Part shown: in pieces, positions 40,469 to 53,118 of the stretch
Position numbering within the stretch: position 1 is the stretch's first letter
Layout of the letters: each line of letters starts with the position of its first letter
Source of the DNA: Chiloscyllium plagiosum
Taxonomy: Eukaryota
Assembly (NCBI RefSeq): GCF_004010195.1
Contig: NC_057750.1
Coordinates: 10,923,081 to 10,987,080, forward strand
Reading direction: 5' to 3'
Length of the DNA stretch: 64,000 nucleotides
The notes under the pieces: generated by a model
What the model saw: the letters and a program-made list of their open reading frames with translations, nothing else
What the model was told of the DNA's origin: nothing
Database searches by the model: none
Translations under genes and position numbers: made by a program

Positions 40469-42985
40469 ACTTAACTGTACATTGCAATCAGGCTCTGGAG
40501 CTTGTAGGTTCTCCCAACCACCATTGCCAAGGCACACAGTGAGCAACAGGGTGCTTATATACTTAACTGGCATCAAATATTGGCAGAGGCAAAGCGCTGT
40601 TTAGTAATGATTTTGAGTCCTTCACCTTTCATACTGCATTAACTCCATCCAAAATGGTTTACCCATCACCTGACTGTCACTAGAATTAAAAGTCTCACTT
40701 TGGTGTTCAAAACCCTGCCCCTCCGAGCACACATTTTTGCTCACCTCTTCTTCCAGGCCTATTGTGTATCTCTGATTTCCTTTGCCCACTAGAAGTTTAA
40801 TTGCCTAGGCTCTAAATGCTCTAATTGCATTCTTACACCTCTTCACTTATGTCCTGATGCCTAATTTGTGAAAAATTCTTTCATGGGATGTGGATATCAC
40901 CAGCTGGACCACTGCTTTGATTGCCCATCTCTAACTGCCTTGTTGAAGGTGGTGGTGAGCTGCCCTCTTGAAAGGCTGCAGTGTGCGAGATACAGGAACA
41001 CTCACACTGCTGGGGAGTGTGTTCTGGGAATGTGATCCAGTGATAGCAGAGGAGCAATGATATCTTTCCAAGTCAGGACAGTGAATAGCTTGGATGGGAA
41101 CTTGCAGGTTCCTTTGTATTTGCTACCCTTGTTCTACTAAATGGTAGAGGTCACAGGTTTGGAAAGTGCTGTCAAAGGAACTTTGGTGAGTAGCTGCAAC
41201 TTATCTTTTAGATGGTCCACATTGCTGTGTACCAATGTGTCAATGGTGAAAGAAGTGAATATTTAAGATGATGTATAGGGTGCTAATGAAGTGGAAAGCT
41301 GTGTCCTCATTGGTATGGAGCTTCTCAAGTCTTAGTTGTGTCCTACTCAACTATGCAAGTACTGTGTAGTCTGTTACACTCTAACTTGTGGTTTTCGACA
41401 GCGCTCAAACTTTGGAGAGGCAGGAGGCAAGTTACGCACCAGAGAATTCCTGGATTCTATGCGCTCTTGTAGGTACAGTATGCTTATGGCTGGCCCCATT
41501 CAGTTTCTGGTAAATAGTTAACCTCGGATGTTGATAATGGGGGATTCACGGATGTCAATGACAGCACTTGTCAAGTGCCTTCTAACATTGAAGGCACTAT
41601 AAAAATCCAAGTTGCTGTTGCTTCCACAGTGTTTGCATCGCCCAAGCTGCCATGGGTGCTTGGAGCAGGAGTGATTTAGTAAGTAGGATCCAAACTCTTT
41701 GAAATAATTTGTTTTCTTCAGCTTCTTAAAAAAAACATAATACTGAAACATTTGTTATGAACTGTTTCAAAATAAATGAGATTATTTAAAGCCGAGAATG
41801 GTATCAGGAATAAAAAGCACTTACACCTCCTTCTTCAATGAGTCACTAGCTATCAAAGTGGAACAGCAGGTGAATCATAATTCCTGGCCTCTTTCACTGA
41901 TTGGGACTAAAATAAAGTCTATATTTTCCACCATAAACAAAACATGATCAGTTGATGAAAGCGTCAAGAGAAGCAATCTCGCCACACTGACTGAGCCCTT
42001 CCAGCTCCTGGAGGAGGGAGCTGACATCTTGCAAATGCACAAACAAATCGGCAGAACTGTACTAATTGGATAATCATTTGCTTTTTCTAAGTTACATGTT
42101 GAAGGGAAATTATTGATAAGAACATGTGCTTACATGGTGGTGGTGGTGGAGGAAAACTCCCCCAATCTGCTTTGAAATAGCAGCAATTGGATGCTTTATT
42201 TTCACCTGGGGAGGCAGACAAGGACTTTGTTTTAAACATTGATTGAAAGATTAGTCAGTGTCTGCTAGGTTTATCGTGCTCAAGTCACTACAGTGGACCT
42301 GAAGCTCACTATTTTACAACTCAGATAGATGACTCTCATGCACTGAGCCACAGTTTAAGGGTTTACTGTACCATTAGGTATTCCCCAGTCTAGTGGCAAA
42401 TATTAAATGGGATGGCTTTTGTCATAGTGGTATTATTGCTGGACTATTAATTCAGAAAAGCAGGTAATGTTCTGGGGACCCAGTTTTGGATCCAACCATG
42501 GCAGATAGTAAAGTTTCAATTCAAATTTATAAAAAACATGGAATTAAGAGTCTAATGAAGATCATGAAACCATTGTCGATTGGAAAAATCCCTCTGCTTC
42601 ACTAATGTCCTTTAGGAAGTAAACTGCCACCCTCACCTGGTCTGGCCTATATATGACTTCAGACCCACAGCAATGTAGCTGATGCTTACCAGCCCTCCGG
42701 GCAATTAGAGATTGCAAGTGTCACCCATATCCCATCAGTGAATAGAAAAATAAAATCATCCCTAAACCAACATTGCCAAAAGGTGATGATTGTAGGATGT
42801 TTCTGTACACGGGATCTTGCAGGATGTAACCTGGCTGCGAGGCATCCGACATAAGTTATAACATTTCAAAATGTATTTCATTGACCAGAAAGCACTTTGG
42901 GTTACTGAGGACAGATACTGTTTAAATGTGACGACAGACATTTCGCAGTTGGAGACTGGCTGAACCATCACCGCTGTCAGGATAC

Positions 42986-43107
42986 AGATCCAGAGTCATG
43001 GATGACTTGCAGCACGACTGTGATAGAAGAGCGCGGATGGAGAGCAGTCAGGATGGTGGCTTCGCACGTGTTTCGAATCATCTGCTCCTTGCTCTTCTCA
43101 GAGACAC
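42986..43107 (-). CDS. EXOSC5: EXOSC5 coding exon 3 (122 nt)
   Basis: (S)[40 protein letters not shown]|gtatcctg. Confidence 0.95.
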
Positions 43108-44129
43108 CTTCGCAAAAACAGAGAAAAAGGCCCGAGTGAGTGGGGAGTTTGCAAAAGACATATGAAATGATCAGTAAACTCAAATTTATTGCAGCCCATA
43201 GTCTAAAAGGCGACAACAGGATAGCAAACACAAGTTTCTTTCAGAACATCTTTAAGATGCAGCTTGTTGCCAGAGAACCAATGTTGATTCATTTTGGGCC
43301 ATCAACTATGACCCAATGGTAATACAATACAGTAGCCCCATCTTTTAAAAACAGAGGGACTCCTTCCCTATCAGAGAAAAACACTGATGCACTCTCTGGG
43401 GCCCACAATAAGTTTTTGCTAAGTTAGAACCTTCACCAATTAACATTTTGAAGTATTTTTATGTTTAAAATCTGGAATGCAATGGCATGGTGGAGGCAAA
43501 TTCAATTCAAAGGGTTTTGGATAAATATCTGCAGAAAATAAACTTTCCAGGATAGAGACAGTGAAGTGCAAGTTCGCACAGAGCCAGCATGGACCTGAAA
43601 GATTAAATGGCCTCCTTCTGTGTAACATTTATTCTACTAAGCTCTTACTTGGCTCCATTCACCAAACATTCTGCATCCAGTTCCACCAGGTACCCTGACT
43701 GCTCATTGAGCTGAATGTGCTACCTCGAGTGATTGGGTTGAGAGGCCCAATATCCAAACTGGTATTGAAGTATCTCAGTTGCATTTCTACAACACTGCCA
43801 GCACTAGTACCTTATCCCATCAGCCGAGTGCTGCTAACACCCTTCACATTTAAATACTGAAGATGATTTAAAAAGATATTCCTTTGTGTCAGCATATTGA
43901 GTGTTTGACTAGATGAAGGCACCATAGTCTTACCAGACCATACGGCAGCTCTCTCATTACGGAGACACAATTCTGATAGCATTACAGTTGAGAGAGGGAA
44001 GAGGTCAAGGAGGAGATGGTAACCTCAACCTGAACCCTGTAGGCATCACTTTGTATTGCACACCAGCCTCTGGTAGACTAAATTTAATTTTCTCTCTCTA
44101 CACAAACAGCAGGTATAGGGAGTAAGGCA

Positions 44130-45875
44130 AACATAGAACATAGAAAAGTACAGCACAGAACAGGCCCTTTGGCCCACGATGTTGTGCCGAGGTTTAATCC
44201 TAATGTAAAATATAGTAACTTAATCTACGCACCCCTCAACTCACTGCTATCCATGTGCATGTCCAGCAGTCACTTAAATGTCCCTAATGACTCTGCTTCC
44301 ACCACCACAGCTGGCAACGCATTCCTTGCATTCACAACTCTCTGCATAAAGAACCTACCTCTGACGTCTCCTTTACACCTTCCTCCTAATACCTTCAAAC
44401 TATGATTTCTCATACCAGTCAATCCTGCCCTGGGGAAAAGTCTCTGGCTATTGACTCTATCTATTCCTCTCATTATTTCGTACACCTTGATCAGGTCTCC
44501 TCTCTTCCTCCTTCTATCCAGAGAGGAAAGTTCGAGTTTATTCAACCTTTCTTCATAAGGCAAGCCCTCCAGTCCAGGCAGCATACTGGTAAACCTTTTT
44601 TGCACCCTCTCCAAAGCCTCTGTATCTTTCCTACAGTAGAGCGACCAGAACTGGACACAATATTCCAAGTGTGGTCTCACCAGGGACACCAGGAACTTGT
44701 AGAGCTGCAACAAAACCTTGCGGCTCTTAAACTTGATCCCCCTGTTAATGAAAGCCAAAACACCATATGCTTTCTGAACAATCCTATCTGTTTGGGTGGC
44801 AACTTTGAGGGATCTATGTACTTGCACACCCAGATCCTTCTGTTCCTCCACACTGCCAAGAATCCTGTCTTTAATCCAATATTCAGCATTCGAGTTCGAC
44901 CTTCCAAAATGCACCACTTCGCATTTATCCAGGTTGAACTCCATCTGCCATTTCTCAGCCCAGCTCTGCATCCTATCTATGTCGCCCTGCAGTAGCCCAC
45001 TATACTATCGACGACACCTCCAACCTTTGTGTGATTTGCAAATTTACTAACCCACCCCTCAACTTCCTCTTCCAAGTAATTTATAAAAACTACAAAGAGC
45101 AGAGGCCCAAGAACAGAGCCCTGCAGGACAGCACTCAACACTGACCTCAGGCAGAATACTTTCCATCTACAACCACTCTCTGCCTGCTGTCAGCCAGCCA
45201 ATTCGGAATCCAGATAGCCAAATCTCCCTGTATCCCATACTTCCTGACTTTATGAATGAGCCTACCATGGGGAACCCTATCAAATGCCTTGCTGAAATCC
45301 ATATACACCACATCTACTGCTCGACTGTCGTCGAGCTCCTCAAAGAACTTAATAAGATTTGTGAGACATGACCTGCCCCTCACAAAGCCATGCTGACTGC
45401 CTTTAATCACACTATGCTTTGCCAAATAGTCATAAATCCTGTCCTTCAGAATTCTTTCCAAAACTTTGCTGACCACAGACGTAAGACTGACCTGGTCTGT
45501 AATTGCTAGGGATTTCCCTATTCTCCTTCTTGAAAAGAGGAACAACATTCGCCTCCTTCCAATCCTCCGGTACGACTCCTGTGGAGAGTGAGGCGGCAAA
45601 TATCCTCGCCAGTGGCTTAGCATCCTCCTTTCTCACTTCCCAGAGCAGCCTAGGATAAATCTGGTCTGGCCCTGGGGACTTATCAATCATAATGTTCTCC
45701 AAAATTTCTAGCACATCAACTTCATCAATTTTGATCTGGTCAAGACTGTATCCCAGCTCCTCTAAGTTTTCATTTACAACAAGTTCCCTTTCCTTGGTGA
45801 AAACCGAAGCAAAAAACTCATTTAGGTCATCCCCTATCTGCTCAGACTCCACGCACAAGTTCCCTACGCTATCCC
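44130..45875 (-). mobile_element. Relatively young 5'-truncated CR1 LINE (ORF2 RT region)
   Basis: Long ORF pieces [53 protein letters not shown]; tail (ttctatg)n. Confidence 0.92.
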
Positions 45876-48125
45876 TACATTTGGCCTAAGCTCTTACAAA
45901 AGAAGCTTTAGCTCAAGGCAATGGCTGAAAAGGATCAAAGCTGACATCTCAATAAAACATGCAAAACATGTATTACATAAACAGTGATATTATGGAAGAA
46001 TAGAGCCATATCACATTTAACCTTGGTTTGACATCGGCTCAGAAGCAATACAACTACATGGAGGGTCGGAAGGCCGGGAGCAGGTCCCTGCAGTATGTGT
46101 GCTGTTCTCTCTGACATCAGAGAATATTCTATAAAGTGGTCAGAGTCTGGGAAACTGTGTTGTGTTATTCATATATCACTCAGTATGAATGGAAGACGAA
46201 ATCAGTCACTGGAATGATGCTTATCATATTAAGCACTCATGCACGAATTGTAATCAAATTTTTTGTCAGCAGACTAACAACTTCATTGCACTAGTTAGTA
46301 GTAAGAAATCCTCTGATGAGTATGCTTTTGTTGCTGTTAACCCACCCCTGGACTCCCAGGTTCCATGTTTTGTGACCTGTAACTTTAATAAGTTCCACTG
46401 GTTCTTTATATCCTGCACTGTATCCACTGCCTATTCCACACACCAAACCAACAAGTTCTTGGTCACGGGGCTTCCACTTTTTCCCCTTGATACACAACAC
46501 ATGTTTTGAAAAAATTCTTGATATTTAAATATAGCTCTGTGGGATCTTTCCCCATTTCCATGTCAGTTCTCTTCCATAAGTCCTCTGACTTCAGATCTCA
46601 TGTGTGCATCTCTTCCAGCCATTCAGTAGTCTCAGTTCCACTCTCTCAAACAAACTCCCTAATTCCTGTTCCGTTGTTGTTTCCTTACAAAACCTTTCCA
46701 ACACAATTTTTACTTCGAATTTTGTTATTTTGGTCAGCTCATCTAATTATTCAGTGGCCCCCGCTACCCCGAACCATACAATTATATGGAACTCTGTTCA
46801 TAAGTGGAACTTCTTGCTGTGCACCAAAAAAAAACACTTAAAATCCAGGATGTACCACACATTCCACTCTGACCAGCGCTGCCAGTAAACCTAATGTTTA
46901 GGACGCCCTCTACTGCTAGTATTTGTGGATACTCAATGACCTCCAGCAAATGAACTGCAGGAGTCGACTTAAAATACAGTAATCTTATCATCACAGAGCT
47001 ATTCCCAATTCAGAAATGGTCCAAGAGAGCGCTAATGTGTTTGGAATACGAAACAAAAAAAATCAGCACGTCTTAGACTTCTCGTGGAAATAGATTCCAA
47101 TTAGGTGAAAATTATCTGTCGCAAACCAGCTACAAACACAAGTACCCATGTAATAACTTCCAACCTCTCATCTTGCAACAATACAACACCACATCAATTT
47201 GTTTAATCCTCACATCTTATGGAGCTCTACTCTCTCTGGTGTTTCAAAGTATTGCTCTCACAGAATATTATAAAATTCTACAACAGTGCCAGTACTATCT
47301 ACAGCTATGAGCTATACGCTTAGGATTAGCGTCAGCTTTAGCTGAGTTGGTAGCACTCTGACTTCTGAGCCACAAGGTCCCTGATTGAAGTCCCAATCCA
47401 CATTAAAAACCAAGGCAGACACTCCTCTGCAGTACTGAGGAACAACTGCACCAGAGGGGGCCTCTTCCAGCTGATACATTAAATCATGAACCCATCTATT
47501 TCGGGTGGATGTAAAGAGACTTAGTGGTACAGCTCTGAGGATTCAAAGGATGTTCTGGTCATTGTCTAGCCTCAATTAGCACCTCAATCAGAGAGTCATT
47601 ACTATAATATTTATTGAGTTCACAACTCTTCAAAAAAATGTTGGTGGAAAAAGGGTATTAGACTGTGAAGGTAGAAGGCAAGGACACTATAATTTCAAAC
47701 TGTATTGAGGTCTCTTAACTCAGAGTTGACAGTCTTTGATTTTCTGTGCCCTCGAGGTCGGTGGGTGCTCATCATTGGGTGCATATCTAAGATCAAATTG
47801 ATACAGATCCTAAAAGAATCAATGGATATGGAGATCTAACAGGAAAACAGATCTAAGATCAAGCATCATCTATCATCTTATTACATGGTGGAACAAGCTC
47901 AAGAGAATGCAAAGCTCCTTTTTCTTACATTCTTAACCTTATATATGCTCCCTACATTCTTTAGATATCTCAGCATCCTTATTCATCCCCAGAACTATCA
48001 CACAAAATCCCTGTTACTACCCATATTTCAACACACTCATCGCTTATGCAACTTCATAGAGTTTTCACCCAGGAACCTCACTTAAACTCTCTCTCCTAAA
48101 AAGGTCTCTGAAATTCATCACTTAC

Positions 48126-48239
48126 TCGGCAATCCAACTTTTGGCTTCAGGAGGACATCTAGCGTGGCCTTGTCGAAGATTTCTTTGCTGACTTTCACCT
48201 CTGCTGGCCCATACACTGCAGCCAGGACGGTCGTGTCCC
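48126..48239 (-). CDS. EXOSC5: EXOSC5 coding exon 2 (114 nt)
   Basis: cctag|(G)[37 protein letters not shown](S)|gtaag. Confidence 0.95.
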
Positions 48240-48652
48240 CTAGGATTTACAAAGAAAACACCCAAGAGGTTGTAAACATAAGTTGACATTGCTTAGTGGG
48301 AACATTGCAACACACGGACAACGTGACTTTACAGAGTTGCTCCTTCACCAATGCGAAAATTGCAGAATATTTAATTCTTTAAAAAAAGTTAGTTCCACTT
48401 TTTAAATCAAACCTCTGTGAAGCATTTACAAGATTTAAAAAAAGACGGTTGTTTAAATAGGATAGCAACTTTCAAGGCCCAAGGACACCTCAAGGCACTT
48501 TCGTTCTTTTTGATGTGCAGGCTTTTTTATGACTTATTGATCAGGGAGACTTTGAGTTTGACAGGGTGGGTGCCAGGAGGATGCGTCTCTTTCTGGTAGA
48601 ATAAAGACCAGGGATCTCTTATTTAAGATAGAGAGAAGGAGGAATTTCAAAG

Positions 48653-49262
48653 TTTGTGAGAAGATTTATAGCTCGGGTGCTCGTTGTTGTCGTTCTGTTC
48701 GCCGAGTTGGGAATTTGTGTTGCAGACATTTCGTCCCCTGTCTAGGTGACAACCTCAGTGCTTGGGAGCCTCCTGTGAAGTGCTTCTGTGATCTTTCCTC
48801 TGGCATTAGTAGTGGTTTGAATCTGCCGCTTCCGGTTGTCAGTTCCAGCTGTCAGTTGCAGTGGTCGGTATATTGGGTCCAGATCGATGTGCTTATTGAT
48901 TGAATTTGTAGATGAGTGCCATGCCTCTGGAATTCCCTGGCTGTTCTCTGTTTAGCTTGTCCTATAATAGTAGTGTTGTCCCAGTCGAATTCATGTTGCT
49001 TGTCATCTGTGTGGGTGGCTACTAAGGATAGCTGGTCGTGTCGTTTCGTGGCTAGTTGGTGTTCATGGATGCAGATCATTAGCTGTCTTCCTGTTTGTCC
49101 TATGTAGTGTTTTGTGCAGTCCTTGCATGGGATTTTGTACTCTACATTGGTTTTGCTCATGCTGGGTATCGGGTCCTTCGTTCTGGTGAGTTGTTGTCTG
49201 AGAGTGGCTGTTGGTTTGTGTGCTGGTATAAGTCCTAGTGGTCGCAGGAGTCTTGCTGTCAG
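48653..49262 (-). mobile_element. Penelope-like retroelement 3' fragment (GIY-YIG endonuclease plus pseudo-LTR with hammerhead)
   Basis: KTNVEYKIPCKDCTKHYIGQTGRQL...HEHQ is a GIY-YIG domain with the PLE CxxC insert. Hammerhead at 48761-48722. Confidence 0.9.
48722..48761 (-). ncRNA. Hammerhead ribozyme motif (family D, mutated)
   Basis: GCA-CUGAGGU-U-GUCACCU-AGAC-AGGGGAC-GAAAU-GUC^UGC. Stem I is GCA/UGC; A9 and C15.2 are altered. Confidence 0.6.
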
Positions 49263-49854
49263 GAAGACAGGAAAACAGGTCATGATGACTGAATTACCCA
49301 TCATGTTCAGGTTCGTGTGGGTTAGGTGCTTTAACAATGGGAAAATGCAGGAGGATAGGGTAGGGGGATGGGTCTGGGTGGGACACTGTTTGGAGGATGG
49401 GTGTGAACCCATTGGGTTGAATGGCCTGTTTCCACACTGTCGGGATTCTAAGGGCTTGAGGGAGATGAGCAGGAAGATGGAGGTTAGGCTCAACAGATCA
49501 GTCATGACCTTACTGACTGGCAGAGCAAGTGTCCATGAGCTGAAATGGCCTACTCCTGCTCCTAAATTTTATGTTAAAACACGGCAGTAACAAATCATGC
49601 ATAGCTCCCACAAACAGCAGTGTGATAACCAGATCATCCAATCGAGATAAATGTTGTGCAAGATAGCAAGCAAAATAGTCTTCAGTCATAGGTTCTGTTT
49701 TAGTTGTGTTGGTATCACAGACTAATGTATTTCACCAACATATCTACAGGTAGTGTTAATGAAACCAAGGATGACCTTCCAATCTGGCCACTCTGATTAT
49801 GAAAATTTATCAATGGGAATAATCAAATGTTGATTCTTGAAGATTTCAAGCAAT

Positions 49855-50040
49855 GGCCAATCCACCTTACCTGCACATCTTTGGACTACAGGAGGAAACT
49901 GGAGCACCCGGAGAAAACCGACACAGATAGAGAGAGAATGTGCAAACTCCACTTAGACCTGTCGCCAGAGGCTGGAACCGAACCTGGGATTCCTGGCACT
50001 TTGAGGCAAGAGTGCTAATCACTGACTCATCATGCTACCC
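49855..50040 (-). mobile_element. tRNA-derived SINE (HE1 type), partial
   Basis: Reverse complement of the SINE head and core (ACATCTTTGGACT...GCAAACTCCAC...GTGCTAA). Confidence 0.7.
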
Positions 50041-50790
50041 CCAACAAAGGCTTGTTGGGCCAAATGGGCCACGTTCACATTGCATCCATGTCACAATGGG
50101 CCAAAAGGCCTTCTTGCTTTAATGACTCTATAACTGTGTGGGATTTTTAAAAGGCTATGGGCACAACCAGTGATATTGGCTGTGGATGATACAATGCAAT
50201 GGGAAAGAGAGTGGTACAGTAGAATTACCAGTGTATGAGATTGATAGAGGGTGGAACTGTTAACTTTATTTTAAAATTGACACAATGCTGTTGGGGAAAA
50301 AGCAAGGAGCAGTATAATTAGTTTGGGATTTACACAGAACTATGGGAGAAATAAACATTCCGATCAAAGGGAAGATAACCTGGCATTGGATGCAGTTGAA
50401 TTAAGAGGTGGAGATTGTCTGAGGAGGAGGGATTGAGTAGGCTGGACTTGTACACATTGGGGCAGAGAAGAATGAGAGGAGAGCGTATTGAAACACCAGA
50501 AACGTGGGAGAATGAGAATTGAGTAATTTGAGAGGGAATGGAAGATTGAGAGGGAATGCAAGACTGAGAGTGGATCAGAAGAGGGACGATAATATTGTGA
50601 CTCCAGAAGATAAATGATAATTTAAATTGTCTTTAATGAGCCTCCTTCTTACAACCTTCCAGAAACTCCCCACACCACCCCCCTCCTCCCCCCCTGTCAT
50701 CCCACAGAGAGTGTCCCACATTCCAATAAGAGATGGTGAGGCTAGGCAGGTTCTGAAAGAGACTTCCCAAAGCGAAGGACTATCACCCAC

Positions 50791-50887
50791 CTTGTGTGAA
50801 GCAAGCCGAGCCATCAGGCCTGGAGAGGAGACTGTGTTCACTGCCAAAAGGCCTCAATTGCTGCTGGCTCTCAGCACTAGCCTCCAT
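50791..50887 (-). CDS. EXOSC5: EXOSC5 coding exon 1 (97 nt)
   Basis: MEASAESQQQLRPFGSEHSLLSRPDGSACFTQ(G)|gtgggt; LLSRPDGSA is the Rrp46 motif. Exons sum to 663 nt = 220 aa plus stop. Confidence 0.93.
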
Positions 50888-51233
50888 ACCGAGCAGCGTC
50901 GGTCGTCAAGTCCCCGCTCCTGACTGACAATGCTATGCACCAATCAAAGATCAGCGTTCCCCAAGGTCAACCAATCAATATCTAGATGAGGTGGGACTTC
51001 CATGCCATTCACTGATGGAGGCAACTGCCCCTCACTGAGGGCCCCCATCCTCTAGGCAACTTACTGTACGCCTTTACACAATTACAGCAATTGGATCGTA
51101 TTCTTTTCCTATTTAAATTGTTGTGGCTTCTGCTGTTGTTCGGTCCGTATGCAGGGGCCCCCGCACTTGTTCTTGCTCTTCCTCAGAAGGCGGTGATAAT
51201 GTGGGACAGGCAGTGGCCGGACAGACAGCAAAC
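50888..51233. promoter_or_regulatory. Bidirectional promoter, EXOSC5 / BCKDHA
   Basis: 346 bp between divergent ATGs. CCAAT boxes at 50940 and 50971, GC-box-like AGTCCCCGCTCC (~50909), CCAAGGTCA (50961-50969), CTAGGCAAC (~51052), YY1-type AACATGGCG over the BCKDHA ATG. Locally CpG-enriched. Confidence 0.7.
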
Positions 51234-51344
51234 ATGGCGGCGGTCGTCAGGCAGTTGGGAGTAAGATGGTGTGGCCTCTGGAACAGCCGTGTCTCCCGAG
51301 CTCAGCTTGCTCTCTCCGTGTCTCGGTGTCTCCTGTCTACCGGG
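51234..51344 (+). CDS. BCKDHA: Probable BCKDHA exon 1 (mitochondrial transit peptide); rest of gene outside the window
   Basis: Strong Kozak aacATGG. MAAVVRQLGVRWCGLWNSRVSRAQLALSVSRCLLSTG is Arg/Leu/Ser-rich with no acidic residues. Donor GGG|gtgagt, phase 0. Identity rests on synteny (BCKDHA is head-to-head with EXOSC5 in human), not on catalytic-domain sequence. Confidence 0.7.
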
Positions 51345-51494
51345 GTGAGTAACTTCCCAGCGCCTGACCAAATGTTAAAATGACCCTGACCTGACACCGG
51401 GCTGAGGTTCCAGACCATCTTCAGCTGATTGGTCAGGAGAGGGGGTGGGAACCTGGGTCTGGCTAGTCAGTGGGTGTCTTAGCCTAAACATACA

Positions 51495-51850
51495 ATCAGA
51501 GTTTTACTGTGATTCATAACGTGATATCATAACTTTATTAGATTTACTGATTGCTTCATTTTAACTTAACTCATAAGTTAACGAGACTTACTGATTGCTG
51601 CAAAACTTTAACTATGAGTAATTATATTCCTGTATTTTCTGCTTCATGACCAATAAATCATAATTTACACTTTACTGATTGTCATAATGTGTATATCGTA
51701 ACTATTGATCGCTTAATAACTTAGAATTCCTAACCTTTTACTGTATTATTATATCATAACCTTACTAGGTGTGCTGATTGCTTCATGACATAACATAAAC
51801 TTTACTTTTCTGTATTTTTAATTAATAACTTATAAATCCATAATTACTTT
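51495..51850. repeat. Degenerate AT-rich tandem repeat
   Basis: Recurrent TTACTGATTG(CTTCAT) and CATAAC units. Confidence 0.6.
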
Positions 51851-52527
51851 TTAAAACAAATTGTCTGTTAATAATTTGGAATGTGAATCCAAATCCCAGC
51901 ACTCTAGTTGGGAATTTTGATTTCAGTTTATTTTCAGTATTTATTTATGCAGCGACAGTATCACTTTGTTCAACCTCCCTTTTTACCCTTGTGAAGGTGG
52001 TGGTGAGCCATCTTATTGAACTTCTGTAGTGTATGTGGTGCTTGTACATCTACATCCCTGGTCAGTAAGGAAATCCAGAATTTTGATGCAAGTACAGTGA
52101 GATATTTTCAAGTCAAGATGGCTTGTGGGTTGAATGAAAACTTTGAGGTGGGAGTCTTCCATGCACTGTCAGCTGTTGTTATTCCTCTGAAAGTGGAATC
52201 AGCCTCTATTTAAATGTGAATGTCCAGAAATTGCTATCAGTAATTCTGTGCTTCTCCATAAAGTGATTCATTTTCATGAGGAGAATGCAGAGTGGCAATA
52301 TAAAATGAAGTTTACAGTTTTAAAATAGACCAGAGGGACCTGGAATAGCAGGGGTGTGTGAGCACATATGGGATCCTAGATTTCATAAATGCAGCATAGA
52401 GTACAAAGACAAGGAAGTTATGAGAAAGTTGAATGAGTTACTAGTTTGCAGTATTGTATCCAATTTTAGGCAACACACTTAAGGCATTAGATCAGATGTA
52501 AGAAAAGATCATGTTTCCAGGATATGA

Positions 52528-53118
52528 TTTTTGAGAAGATTTGTGGCTCAGGTTGACGTTCAAATTGTAAGATTGCTCGCTGAGCTGGTAGGTTTGTTCT
52601 CAGACGTTTTGTCACCAAGCTAGGTAACATCATCAGTGAGCCTCCAGTGAAGCGCTGGTGATCTGTCCCGCTTTCTATTTATGTGTCTTGGTCTCTTAGG
52701 GGAGTGATATCTTTTCTGATTTTTTTTTTCTCAGAGATCGATTTGGGCCCCATTTACCAATGTGTTTGTTGATGGAGTTCCGGTTTGATTGCTAGGCCTC
52801 TTGGAATTCCTGTGCGTATCACTGTTTTGCCTGTCCTAGGATGAATGTGTTGTCCCAGGCAAAGTGGTGCCCTTCTTCATCTGTGTGTAAGAATACTAGT
52901 GATAGTTGGTCATGTCTTTTGGTGGTTAGTTGATGTTCATATACCCTGGTAGCTAGTTTCCTGCCTGTCTGTCCGCTGTAGTGTTTATTGCAGTGCTTGC
53001 AGGGTATTTTGTGAATGACATTCGTTTTGCTGGTAGTTGGCACAGGGTCCTTTAGGTTCTTTAGTAGCTGTTTCAGTGTGTTGGTAGGTTTGTGGGCTAC
53101 CATGATGCCAAGGGGTCA
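52528..53118 (-). mobile_element. Penelope-like retroelement 3' fragment (GIY-YIG plus hammerhead pseudo-LTR)
   Basis: KTNVIHKIPCKHCNKHYSGQTGRKLATRVYEHQ; hammerhead at 52640-52599. Confidence 0.9.
52599..52640 (-). ncRNA. Hammerhead ribozyme motif (family D; G12->A)
   Basis: CUCA-CUGAUGA-U-GUUACC-UAGCUU-GGUGAC-AAAAC-GUC^UGAG. Perfect 4-bp stem I and 6-bp stem II; only G12 is mutated (52610). Confidence 0.75.

Larger units (their letters stand above)
37316..42985 (-). other. EXOSC5: U12-type (minor spliceosome) GT-AG intron, EXOSC5 intron 3
   Basis: 5' splice site GTATCCTG (42985-42978). Branch site TCCTTAAC (37335-37328) ends about 12 nt from the 3' end. No polypyrimidine tract. Confidence 0.9.
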
